Source: Lepidodermella squamata
Taxonomy: Eukaryota; Animalia; Gastrotricha
Reading direction: 5' to 3'
DNA: 64,000 bases
Assembly (NCBI GenBank): GCA_047495785.1
Contig: JBLDXI010000055.1
Location: 806,001 to 870,000, forward strand
Every line of letters begins with the position of its first letter. The first letter of the stretch is position 1. Positions 36,730 through 48,890 of the stretch are shown here, piece by piece. A model generated the notes under the pieces. It was not told where the DNA came from. It made no database searches and saw only the letters and a list, made by a program, of their open reading frames with translations. The position numbers were made by a program, and so were the translations under genes.

Positions 36730-38547
36730 ATGGCCTCCAATCAGACAAATTCCGCAGACGCCGCAGTCACCTTACGCAGTAATAGCTCGGTAAATTGTTT
36801 TACTTGAGAGGCAATCAACCGACGTTTTCCAATTTTGAAGTGCTGCCGTTGCAAACAGCTTTACGAGCACCCTATCGTTTTGCCTCGGTGTGGCCATGCC
36901 TACTGTGAGAAATGTGTTGCCTGTGTTGCAAAAAAGGTCGTTCGTAGATCAAGCAACCCTGATCTGATCGATCTTATCGGCGTGTATTGCATTTCTTGCC
37001 AACATGACAAGATTTTACCTGAGGCACTTGTTCAAACTGTCCTGCATAAGCGGCCTATATCGGCGGCGGAGGACAGCCAACTTGGATTCTCGTGTAAGCA
37101 TACGGAATCAACCGAGCACAGAAATTACTGTAGCCATTGCGGCCGATGGTTTTGCGACTCATGTGTTGTGGCTCACAAGGAGAAACTCAAAATCGACATT
37201 GCATGGATTCACGGAGCGAGTGAACGCGAAAGCTGCTGAATGCATCGCTGGCGTCGAAAGTGGGGTCGAAGAAGCCATTGTTGAACGCAATCAGTTGCTT
37301 AGCCGGGCTAAGGACCATCTTGAAGATGCCAACAACGACGTTGCACTGCCTGTTCAGAAGTTGTTGACGACAAACTCGTTCCGATTGAAATTAGCTGATA
37401 TCATCCGAATGCGACAGGACTTGATCGATAGAGACTCTGAGGTGATTATTTCATGATTTTTTCGCCGTAATTCAGGCGGATTTTACAGATTAGTCGAGCC
37501 AATGTCACCGATTTGACTACATCGAAGTTTAATTTTCATTTTTGGAGCGCAGAGAATATGGAACTCTATGACGGCTTCTCTCCTGAGATGGATTTTTCCT
37601 ATGAAAATTCTGATTCATCCGATGAAGATTTCTCTGATAAAATTATGCTTGATAAAGCTGTCAAAAGCCGCAATTTTGACAATTTTTCCCGCATTTTGAA
37701 GCGTCCTGGTATGCCTGATGAGGCGGTTGTCGATTTGTTGCAATTTGTTGCTGAGTCGGACGATGTTGAAGCGTTTGAAAAAATCGCTGATCTTATCAAT
37801 AATGATCTGGATAACGATATTTCACTGCAAGCTTGGATCGATTTTGAGGTAGCCACGGCAGCGGTAAAATGTGGCAGCCGAGGAGTCTTGCAACAATTTC
37901 TAGCGAATTTTCCGTGTTTCGTAGACTCAAGGAATTCGTTGAATGAAAATCCTTTGATTTGCGCTGTCCGTACTGGAAGCCTTGAAATGGTGAAATTTTT
38001 GGTTGAAGAAAAGTCTGCCAATGCCTCTGCTCCTGGTACCAACATCTCGCCGCTAAATGAAGCCATGAAATCGGTGAAATTCAAAATTGCCAAGTTTTTG
38101 TTGGATTATGGAGCCGATGCTAACGTTTTCGATGACAAAGGTCTCGCCCCTATTCATTATGCCTGCAAATTCGAGTCGTTGGACATGGTGAGAGCGATAG
38201 CAGCGAAATTCCCTGGCCATGTGAACCTGAAAACAAAATAATCACCCGATGAATTGGTCCCGCTGATGCTTAGGCCTCAGCTCGAAATTGCCCGTTTTCT
38301 GCTGGACCACGGGGCAGACGTGAATATGACTGATGCTAAAGGGTTCCCGATCATCCATCATGCTGTTTCATCTGGCTATTCTGCGGTTGTCGAAGTCATC
38401 ATTGAAAAAAGGCCTCACATTTTGAATTTGGTTCTCGAATACGCCGCAAAGTCGAAACTAGAAGTGATGAAATCGCTTTGCGAGCGGTATTTGAGCAGAG
38501 GAAACGCTCAAGTTGGGAAGCGTCGAAGATTACTCGCTGATTGTTAA
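36730..38547 (+). pseudogene. RING-Bbox-like-coiled coil-ankyrin copy 6, disrupted
   Basis: A deletion near 37207 removes intron 2 and the first part of exon 3 with a frameshift. Premature TAA at 38239-38241 in the ankyrin exon. Confidence 0.85.
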
Positions 38548-38958
38548 TTTTTGTTGCGTTTTCATCTGATTTTTCTGAGTGATTTTTCATCTACAGGGTG
38601 TTTCATAAGATGGGGAATCTACCAGAAACATTTGTACGATTTTGCCGAAGAAAACCCGAAAAAAACGGTGGTTATTAATGATTTTCAGTTTTTTACGTGT
38701 CTTAACTTGATTGTTTTACGAGTTTCATAGCGTATCAGCATTTCAAAAACAGTCAGATCGACCAAGAAATACCCTATCATACGGGCGCCGTCGTTTACAA
38801 ATTATTTTTACAAAATTTCGGTCATTTGAGACAATGGTCGCCGTCCTAAAAAATCATTCTAGAACGCTGAAAACAGGTCTACTTAAGGCCTTCCCACAAA
38901 CTCGTTTCTTTTTTTTTCTCATGCGTATGCGAGTAAACACATACACATACAGCAAAAA

Positions 38959-39769
38959 GCATACAGCCCCCGTTCACAAACTGATTTCTTTTCTCCTTGT
39001 ATGTGATTTTTTTCTGGCCGAAGAGGCCACTGAAAAAAATGACCAACTTCGATGGGGCTCGAACCCAGTCCGCCTGTTAAACAGGCCGGTCAATAGCAAC
39101 GGCACTATGTTGCCATCGTATTTATCCGTCGCTATAAAGTCGAAGATTAATGATTCATGCCCGCACTTGACCCATAAAACGCGGATAACTTTTATATAGA
39201 TATTAGCAACCAATAATTACACTGTAAAAAAAAGTTCGCTATTTAGCACTTGGCATTTAGCACGGCCGGTTATTTAGAATAAAAAATAAAACAATTTCGA
39301 ATCGCTAAATACCAGAAAACTATTTAGAATAATCGGGGGTTATTTATCCTGAGTAAAATAGGGCAAAATGGGGTTTAGAGTGCTTAAAAATAGGTGACTA
39401 AGAAAACAGGCCTTTTTATACTTTTTACCCAAAATTTGGTATTTATCACCGATAATTTCATTTTTCGGTAATTAGAAGCTTCAATTTAAATTTTTAGGCT
39501 AAATAGGAGGCTCCCAGGGTCCTAATTGCCCGAGTAAAAGTCGGTTATTTAGCGGCTAAATTGCGAACTTTTTTTTATAGTGTAGGCTTTTTATAGCGAC
39601 GGATAAATACGATGGCAACATAGTGCCGTTGCTATTGACCGGCCTGTTTAACAGGCGGACTGGGTTCGAGCCCCATCGAAGTTGGTCATTTTTTTCAGCG
39701 GCCTCTTGGGCCAGAAAAAAAATCACATACAGGGAGAAAAGAAATCAGTTTGTGAACGGGTCTGTATGC
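38959..39769. repeat. About 180-bp inverted repeat pair (38959-39138 / 39590-39769) containing a tRNA-like segment
   Basis: The arms are near-perfect reverse complements. They contain a gcctg-tttaa-caggc hairpin and GGGTTCGAGCCC (T-loop/B-box-like) followed by a T-run. Confidence 0.85.
39220..39582. mobile_element. CACTA/EnSpm-like MITE
   Basis: TA|CACTGTAAAAAAAAGTTCGC ... GCGAACTTTTTTTTATAGTG|TA, with internal tatttag subterminal repeats. Confidence 0.8.
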
Positions 39770-40273
39770 GATTTTTTTTCGCCAACACATACGACCCCGG
39801 CAAAAAACTTATTACAAATCACATACACATTTTTTCATACGAGTATGTGCGCAGACCTTTAGTAACTTTTTGAGCCGCATATTTTGGGGCCTAAATGACA
39901 TTAAAAAATTTAAATTGCCGAATTTTTAGTTAAAAATGTGATTTTCGGAATCTGCGATTTTTTAACCCTAGAAATGAGTTGATAAACACTTCGATTCAAA
40001 AAAAATTATTTTTCGCTAATTGCCGGTTACGGTTAGCTAATTGAGAGAAAAACCGGTAACCAGTGTGCAGAGCGTCATTGATTACCTACTGGGTTGTGTT
40101 TTTATTGCGAAATCGAAATTTTCAAGGGGGCAACCATTGTGTTGAGAATTTCTCAGTTTGTCAGTTCGAATTTGTGAACGACGGCGGCCGTATGATTCTT
40201 GTTACCTCAATTATAGGAGGAATGAATACCCGTTACGATCTTGGCTATTTTTTGTTTAGATTTTACTAAATAA

Positions 40274-42361
40274 ATGAAGTCAGCTGCCTCGAATGGTGCT
40301 GTTAATTCATCATTAACTGATGCACTGGTTAGTACTTGGTGACTAAATATTCAAACGTAGTATACTTGATAGTATGATTTCAGGGTTTGATTTGTTTAGT
40401 CTGCAAGAAGCGTTACGAGCGGCCAGTTTTACTCCCGCGATGTGGCCATACATTTTGCGAAAACTGCGTCAAACGCACTGCGAAGCCGACAATTGTCAGA
40501 AAAGCCGACCCAACCTACGGCCATTTAGAGGTCTACTGCCAGAAATGCGAAACTCCAAGCTTCTTCAAAAAAGACGAGCCTTTCAAAATCAACGCAGCAG
40601 TCCAGGACATTTTAAGCCGATTACCGGAGAAAACTGGCGCTGAGGATTCGCCACCGGGTACGGTTTGCGATCATATCGTTACGGGCAAAACTGAATGTGG
40701 CCACTGTAACTTGTCGTTTTGCGAGCCGTGCCTAGTTTGCCATAAAGAAATGCTGAAAATCGATATCGAATTTTTATCGCTCGACGTGAGTTTATTCCAT
40801 TTTAATCGCCGAATTTCGTTAAAAATTAAAAAAAAATTTAGTACGAGGATCGCTTGAAATCAAGCATTGAACGACTTGAAAGTGGTCGTGACAAATTGAG
40901 AGCGTCTATCGAGAATAAACTCGCCAATTTAGCTGCTGATATCAGACAAGTTGGCGATGATTTAATCGCCAAAATAACGGAATCAATCAAAAACGAAGTT
41001 GGCCGAATGATCGACGATCTCGGGCATGTGATGGAAGACTCGCTGAAAGAGCAAGACAGCCTAATACAATCGGGCAAATTGCACCTGGAAACGGCGACGA
41101 AAGATGTCAGAAAGCCTTCTCAGGCGTTGCTGCGGAAGAATTCGTTCCGTCTCGAACTCGATGAAATGGTCAATTTACGGCGCTTACTTGTCGAAAGAGA
41201 CAAAGAGGTTGACAATTTCTGTCTCATAATTTAATTTTTTTTTTTAATTTTGAATTTCAGATCTGCGACGCTAATAATTGTATAAGCCGTTGGGAAGCCG
41301 CCAAACTCAAATTTTCTCCCGCCTGTGACCTAATATTTAGCTCTGAAGATCCTGAAAACATCGAAATCGGCAGGGTTGTTACGGAAATGCCTGATAAAGA
41401 GGAGAAATTTGCTGAATTAGTCGAATTTGATAAGGCCGTGGCTGGCCGTAATTTCTGCGAGGTTTTCAGGGTCCTGAAACGGCCCGGAATCCCGGAAGAA
41501 ATATTGATAAACGTTATGCTGAAGCCTCAAATGATAGAAGCAGCCGAATCTGATGATGTTGAGCTGCTGGGCCAGCTGTTCGAAATCGCCGATCAGTTGG
41601 AAATCCCAGAGAAAACGTGGCTAGAATTCGACCTGGCCCATCGCTCGGCTGGTCTGGGCTCTAACGCAGTTCTTGATTTGATTTTAACAAAATTCCCGAA
41701 TTTTTTGAATGCCGAAAGCAAAGCTGACCTTACGCCATTGCATTGCGCTGTTAAGACGGGGAACATTGAGACAGTGAAATATCTGTTGCAGGAAAAATCA
41801 GCCGAACCGAATCCACAGGGTCGGAATAAAGTTTCTCCCTTGTGTTTAGCCATGAATTTGACCTACTTCGACATCGCGAAAATTCTGATTGAGAAAGGCG
41901 GTGATTTGTCGGCCGTTGATAACATCGGTTACGCGCCGATTCACTGGGCGTGTCGTCATAATTCGCTGGAAATGGTTAAACTTATTCTTGGTAAGCAGCC
42001 CGGCCACCTTGATTTGAAGGCTGACGGCGGAAATGGTGTCACTCCGCTGATGATCGCGACTGGGGTTGACGTGATGACTCATCTGCTTGACATTGGCGCT
42101 AATTTCGATTTGACCGACAAGCTTGGATATCGGGCGATTCACTACGCCATTTCGAGAGGTGACGCTGATTCAGTTGAAAAATTGCTCACCGAAGCGCCGA
42201 ATCTGCTCAATGTGGTTCATAACGGGAAGAGCCTGGAAGCGTGTGCCTCGAGTAAACCGGCTGTTTTGGGAGTTATCGCATCTTGCCGCAAACGGCTTCA
42301 TACTCTTCGCTCGCCTCTTGCGGAAAATGATGATGGGAATCGAAAGCGTCGCCGAATTTGA
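40274..42361 (+). CDS. RING-Bbox-like-coiled coil-ankyrin protein, copy 7
   Basis: Same four-exon structure, intact; ends RKRRRI. Confidence 0.9.
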
Positions 42362-43317
42362 CCAAAACCCTCAAGTTTTATAAACCTTTTTTGTTACAAC
42401 ATTTTCTTTTTATCCACATCTCATCATCGGCGTGTTTTACAATCAATTCAACTAATCATGAGCTGTTAAAATAAAATGAGAGAATGCAGAAAAATGACTT
42501 CTTTTGCCAAACTTCAGCTGTTATAGTTCGAATCCAGATCCAGATCCACATGTGCTGAACACTAATAGTCAGTTCGGAGATCTTTTGATTATTCTCGAAT
42601 TTGGCTTGCAATAGGTAAGTACAATATGGATTACTCCGCTCTCTACGAAAAGCAATGTTATTTCAAATTTGGCGCGATGATTCATCGCCATCAGTGATTA
42701 CGCAACACTATAATTCCACATTTTTCAAAGTTTTTTGTATGCGGGTAGAGTATATTCGGGGCAGAATGAGCGTTGGAGGAATGACTCGCTCTATCGATAG
42801 GTGCTGATTCTGCATAAATCGAAGGTGCCATACCAGGTGAATTTCGCCTGTGTCCAAAATTAGGTCAAAGCCACCTACCTGATACAGGTAGGAATTTACA
42901 TTTTCAGAAAAAATCTGATGATTGCGAGCCCAATTGTTCTTCTGTATTTCACAGTTCTAGGGCAAAAGATCGATTTTTGGTTAATTCAAATACAATTTGT
43001 TTAAAATGAGGGCAGCGCAGACTAAACTTTCGTTTTTGCCAGGTGAGCGACCAGCGACCACTTAGCGGTTCAAAAATGGCAGAGACGAGGCTCTCCTAAT
43101 TTTGTACGCTGAAAGTGATGGATGCGGGAGTAACGTTTTTGATTACGTCATTGATGATTCATCAGACGATTTGAGAAATAATTACCAAGTTTCAAGTTTA
43201 GCGCAACAGAAATGCCAACTTGAAATCGGAAACATTTTTGTTGCGCAATCTGTTATGCCGCCTAAATAAAACGGAAGCATAGTGCTTTGCAACTGAATCA
43301 TTCATTTTTGTTCGGAA

Positions 43318-44352
43318 ATGCCCACACACAGTTTCAGTGAGAAAATCATTGCCGTTATTGTCGGCAACAACGTAGATTCGCAGGGCGGAACACTGGTTCG
43401 GGCATTGGCTGCCGATCACGACATTTTCACCACTAGAGCTATCGTTTCGCCGAAGCTCTCAGCTGAGGACCAGCAGACTCTCGAAAAATTAGGAGCTCAA
43501 GTCGTTGCAGTTGACCTCGAAGATGAAGCGGGCCTGGCAAAAGCTGTCGATCAGTGCTACGGCATGTTCTGCTTCACATTCTACTGGGACCTTATGGACC
43601 CTGAATTGGAGAAACGCCAAGCCGCTAACATGGCTCATGCTGCTAGGTACTTGATTCTGCTGGAGAAAAACTGATGATTTCGTGTCATTTTTTTCGCTAA
43701 CAACAGAATCGGAGCAGTGAAGCATGTCATCTGGTCGACGCTCGAGGATACGCGGCAACAACTTCACAACGCTGAGAATATGCCCACGCTGTTCGAAAAG
43801 TACAAAGTACCACAACACGACGCAAAAGCCGAAAGCGACGCGTTTTTCTCCGATTTGCCGACAACGTACCTCTTGACGCCCTATTGTTGGGAATGTTTCA
43901 TGAAGTCAGAATGGAGGTTGATGAAGCCATCACAAGATAACCACATCACTCTTGCTGTGCCAATGGGCAAGGCCAATCGATTGGCTGGGATGGCGAACGA
44001 AGATATCGGAAAATGCGCTCTTGGAATTTTCAAGCGACCTGATGAATACATAGGCAAAAGAGTCGGAATTGTTGGCGAATCACTGACTCTTCGCGAAATC
44101 GCTGACAAAATGACGGCGGCTTTTGGGCGGGATGTTTTCTACCGCAGCGTGCCATTTGATGAATACCGTCAGCAAACGGATGTCAAAGGTATTGTGGAAC
44201 GTGGCAATATGTTTCAGTACTACTGCGAGTGTGAGCAAGATTTCCACGCGGCACGGAGTGTCGACGAGTCCTGGAAGTTGAACCCTGATATGATGAGCTT
44301 CGATGAGTGGCTTCAGAAGAATAAGCAGCAATTCAACCTTGATGCCAAGTGA
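43318..44352 (+). CDS. NMRAL1: NmrA-like / HSCARG family NAD(P)-binding protein
   Basis: SQGGTLVRAL, DLEDEAGLAKAVDQCYGMFCFTFYWD, KHVIWSTLEDTR, YKVPQHDAK, EDIGKCALGIF; one intron at about 43648-43707. Confidence 0.85.
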
Positions 44353-44864
44353 CATCTTTTTACCTCTACTGATTTTTCTAATTCAATCTTTTCGTATCCG
44401 AAGTCGAGTTAAATAAATAACGATTAATTGCACGATCGCTATTTCATTTTTCTATTCGAGATCTGACGGATTCTCATTTAGCTTCTCATTAGGCGTAGCG
44501 CGCAAAGCAAAAAGGTGTGCGTAAATTGAACAAAGCGCGACACGTAATACGCACTTGCGCGACACTTGAAATTACGCGACGTTTTGGGTTTCTCATTTTT
44601 AGGTGCTGCTTCAAAAATTCATATTTTCGGCCGGCTGTGTACTGGCTCATGAAAAATTATTAACTACCTATTTCACAAACTGGCTCACAATTTAGGCGGC
44701 CAAAACCAAAATGAGCCTGCTCTTTTCCAATTTCACACATTTCGGGCGCACGCTCGCGGCTCAACGAACATGATTGGTCGGCGAACATGGCAACGCGCGT
44801 CTGTTGCAACCGTGCAGCCAATTATTTTCTGATGTTCCCATATATATGCGGTTTTATCGCGCAA

Positions 44865-45840
44865 ATAGTGCACGATGACAAGAGAGATGAAGAATGAGGA
44901 GAGAAATGAATCGAAGGGTCGCAGGGGCTCGCTTTCAATATCACAAGGTCACAACAGCATCGCGTGACCCCGCGCACCCGACGCTGTCTATAAACGCTTA
45001 ATAAATTATTAGGTGCGTTTACACGAGCACTAGGAGCGGGAGCGAACGGGAACGAAAATTGCAAGCGCGCACCACCTTGAAGGAATGATTCCTCCAAGCG
45101 CACCACGCATTTACACAGCAGGGCGCGAAAGAGAGTGAGTGCGCACGACAAAGGTTGCCGCGCGCGACCCTTGCAAACTGCGCCACCTCCTATCGCTAAT
45201 TATTGGTGTTATTTGGTACTGAAACCAGTCATTTGAATCAATCGAAGTGTGAAAACCGCGCCAAATTACAATTTGAAATAAAATTACTAACACACCAGCT
45301 TTATACTCTCGTATTCGCTATAACTTCGCTATGATTTTTCGCGAAAAATGCCTCTTACAAGCACCGCTCATTTTGATGTCGTCACTGCGTCGCCGTCAAA
45401 TGGCGCGCATCCGGAATAGTATTATCATGCTAGCCGTCGTCAGCAGCATGGTTAACCGATGCCGCTGGTTGGCACCGAGGTCTACCCATTGGTCGTCGTT
45501 CCACAGTTCAACGATCGCGAGTTCCTTGATGGCTTTCGATTAACTCGCGAAGCCTTCGCGATTTTATGCAATATTTTGCGCCCGCATATATCACGATTAG
45601 TGCACGATGACAAGAGATAAATGAAGAATGGGGAGATCGACGCGTTGAAGGGACTCGTTTTCCATATCAAATTGCGGCCATCTACAGGTTGTTTTGTGTC
45701 ACCTCTCAAAATAGTTAAGCGCGCAGGTGTGTACCGCCGCACTTTGTGCACCGCACCGCGCCACCTGGATCATCACGCGACGCGCCGAGGTCACCACAAC
45801 ATCGCGTGACCCCGCGCACTCAACGCTGTCTATTACTCGC
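44865..45840. repeat. Diverged direct repeats (about 44865-45000 and 45597-45840)
   Basis: Shared blocks tagtgcacgatgacaagaga and catcgcgtgaccccgcgcac..acgctgtctat. Confidence 0.7.
45400..45596 (+). mobile_element. PIF/Harbinger transposase N-terminal fragment (frameshifted)
   Basis: RWLAPRSTHW / VVPQFNDREFLDGFRLTREAFAILCNILRPHISR. Confidence 0.7.
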
Positions 45841-46058
45841 CGTCGATCAAAGTTAGCTCCGCCCTATGCAACTTAAAAAGACACAGTTTAGCGAACGCTT
45901 CACCCTGTTGGCATCAAATGAAATTTCCTTTCAATTTTCAATTCGTTGTGATTTTTCCTTGAGCGCTTCAATTTTCTCTTCGAATTTTCAACTACAATAA
46001 AAATGTTCTTCATTTATTTATTCTAATTTATTTTAATTTTAATTTATTCATTGTTTAG

Positions 46059-46655
46059 ATGGGTTTTACGAAAACTCTGATTCTACTCGCTCTTTATTAT
46101 CGATTAACTCAACGCCGACTTGGTCGAGCTAAGCGGCGTTGCGGAATTCGAAAAATTTGGCGCGATCGGCCCAATCATGGCGAATATGAAACTTTGGTGC
46201 TGAAATTGAAGAGAGAAGACCCTCAACAGTTCTTCATGATGTTTCGAATGTCTCCTGAGCGTTTCGACGAATTACTCGATATAATCTCGCCTCATCTACC
46301 TCCTGTCCAGCATTGCGGTCGTCGTCGAATTAGCAATGGTGAACGTCTCGCCATCACGCTCAGGTTTCTTCTCACCGGCGATGAGCAAAAAACGATTGCT
46401 CTTAGCTATCGAGTTGGCATCAGCACTGTTAGTAAGATCCTCCGCGAAACTCTGCAGGCCATCTGGGACGGTTTACAGCCACTCTACCTACCCGAACCGA
46501 CTCCTGAAGTGGCTATTGGCTCTAACAAGTGTTTGAATTTTCCAAGCTGCGTCGGCGGCGATCACGTTCGAGTGCCGTCTCCGAAATTTTCAGGCTCGAA
46601 AAATTACAACTGCTATAAATTTGTTCTAATGGCCTTTATGCAAGAAGCAAAATGA
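46059..46655 (+). CDS. PIF/Harbinger transposase-derived ORF lacking the catalytic DDE core
   Basis: FRMSPERFDELL..ISNGERLAITLRFLLTGD..SYRVGISTVSKILRETLQAIWDGL..NFPSCVG; the AIDG motif is deleted and the ORF is truncated at 198 aa. Confidence 0.8.
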   Translation: MGFTKTLILLALYYRLTQRRLGRAKRRCGIRKIWRDRPNHGEYETLVLKLKREDPQQFFMMFRMSPERFDELLDIISPHLPPVQHCGRRRISNGERLAITLRFLLTGDEQKTIALSYRVGISTVSKILRETLQAIWDGLQPLYLPEPTPEVAIGSNKCLNFPSCVGGDHVRVPSPKFSGSKNYNCYKFVLMAFMQEAK

Positions 46656-47245
46656 GACTTCTTGGTATGCTTTTCATGCTGTCGAAAACGCAAAAGAATG
46701 TCTTGAAAAATAGTGAGAAATTGATGTCGCAATCTGCTTGACCTCTTGATTGGAAATAATCATTTTTCTCTGGTCATAAATTACTCATCTCGCATCTGTC
46801 ATTGTTTCTGTGAAATCAATAAATAAAAATCAACTTTCCGGTCAACTTTGTTTTTTGTGCTCGACTTTTTTCTTCAACTTGGAAATTGTAGTCGGTCGCG
46901 TTTACTTGTTCACATTTTTTTATACGGTCACAATTTTCCGATTTCAAAAATTGGCTGCGCTATGTTCTTGGGTCGCCACTTGTGGAATTAGTCACAAGTC
47001 GTTACCGGGTCGAAAAATGCAACGGCGTAACTGTTGCTCAACTTTGCTGTTGCTAAAGAAAATCGCCGAGGTGCGCGCGGTTGAAATCGCCGAGACGCCG
47101 CGACGCCGGTGCGCGGGCTTAATTACTAGACACACACCGTAAATCACGCAACGGCCGCGATAACTCGAGTAGCGTCCTACATTTTCAAATTTCATAATTC
47201 TCGTTATTATCTCAATTTAAACTTGATTTCTCGGTCATCGTCGTC

Positions 47246-47883
47246 ATGGGAAACGCTCTGAGTCAGGCGGCAGGAAAAATTCAAAATCACCTCGAACTAG
47301 CGTTTTACGCTCTATGCGATTATCAAAGTGACTACTTCAACCCAGCCAAACGCGTTGAGGCGCATCGGCGCATGGCCCTGTTCTACAACTCACTACGCGA
47401 GTTTATCTCACTAGACGGCCTCACCATTGAAAACAGGCGCAAACTCGAGAAGACTGTTCGCCACGTATCGACAATCGTTTGTTTTCTCAGTCACGAGCGA
47501 AACATCGCGTGAGTTTTTCATCACCTGATTTTCGTTCAAGTATCAACATTTCCTGCTATTTCAGCAACGCGTCAGTTGTCGAGGCTGTGGAGGAATTCAA
47601 GCGTGGATACGAAGACGCGTGGCAATTCTTTCAGGATCGTAAAGATAACAAACCGCAAACAGCGATCGGTAGTTTCTTCAAGTCAGCCGCCAGAGTCTTC
47701 GCTCACCTCCTCGTTGGTGCTGGGGTCGGCGCAGCTATCGGCGCTGCCGTGGGGCCTGTCGGCATAGTGACCGGTGCCCTGGCTGGTGGCGCTCTATCGG
47801 GCTCTGTTGGCCTTATTCGCGAGGCTTTGCCGCCGCCGAAACTCGAACCGCCGCGCCGCAAGCCGATAAATGGCAACCAATAA
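47246..47883 (+). CDS. Small unknown protein with MGxxxS start, helical body and C-terminal glycine zipper, copy A
   Basis: Exons 47246-47508 and about 47565-47883 (phase-2 intron); GAGVGAAIGAAVGPVGIVTGALAGGALSG; paralogous to the next gene. Confidence 0.8.
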
Positions 47884-48036
47884 TTTTTGCATTTGCGAGC
47901 TTTTTGAGGTCATCGCATTTTATTAGTACTTTCGCGTCGCGGTTTTATTTGCCAATGACCTTATTACGTTCAGAATAACAAGCTTTCATTAAATTCATTC
48001 AATTTTTTTTAGAATTGTTGTTGTCATATTGATAAA

Positions 48037-48669
48037 ATGGGAAATGCATTGGCGCAACAAGCCGAGCGCACCCAGCGCTGTTTGGAGTACGCTTTCTACG
48101 GTCTTTGCGATTTCCAGTCGGACTTGAACAGCGAGGCCAAACGCGTCGAAGCTCATCGCCGCATGCAGCTGTTTTACAACTCTCTTCGCGACTTCATGCA
48201 ATGCGACGACTTGATTGTCGAAAATCGCCGCCATCTCGAGCAAACCTTACGCAACGTTGCGACCATCGTCGGTTTTCTCAGCCAACCGCGTCAAGTTCCG
48301 TGAGTTTATTTCAACCGATAGATCACTAGATTTTTTACGACAAACTTTTTCAGAACACCGCGTGTTACGGAAGCGATCGAGGCGTTCAAAAGTTCGTACG
48401 AGATCGAGGTCTGGCAATTTTTCGAGGACCGAATCAACGGCAAACCGCAAACGCGTATTGGTGCGTTTTTCAAGTCGGCTGGTATCATTTTCGCGAGCCT
48501 CCTCACTGGCGTCGGTGTCGGCGGTGTTGTCGGCGCTCTTTTCCTAGGGCCCGCCGGGTTTATCGCCGGGGCCCTTGTCGGCGGCTCCGTCACCGCCTCG
48601 ATGGCTTTCGCTGACCAGGTCATTCCTAAGGCCCGCCTTGAGCCGCCTCGTCGTGCTCCGCTGATGTGA
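48037..48669 (+). CDS. Small unknown glycine-zipper protein, copy B
   Basis: Exons 48037-48299 and about 48354-48669. The second exon reads ..WQFFEDRINGKPQTRIGAFFKSAG..GVGVGGVVGALFLGPAGFIAGALVGG..LEPPRRAPLM*. Confidence 0.8.
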
Positions 48670-48890
48670 AAATCTCGTGCAATCGACCTGAACTCTAAAT
48701 CTCATCTGAACTGTTTTTCCTCAATTTTGATAAAAAAGCTCACTCGCTTTGATTTTATATTCTCTCGAATTGATGACTACGAAATTTGACCATGTACTTA
48801 TCTGCTCTCCAACTTTCGTCGCATTTGAATTTTAATAAAATACTACAGCTAATACTGTTTTTTCTAGTGATATTTGCTAATTTTCTGAAA

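Noticed and set aside
38592-38630. TA-CAGGGTG Tc1/mariner-like terminus
   Set aside because: No matching opposite TIR found nearby.
39615-39690. Possible tRNA gene
   Set aside because: No acceptor stem and a 5-nt anticodon loop; reported only as a tRNA-like repeat.
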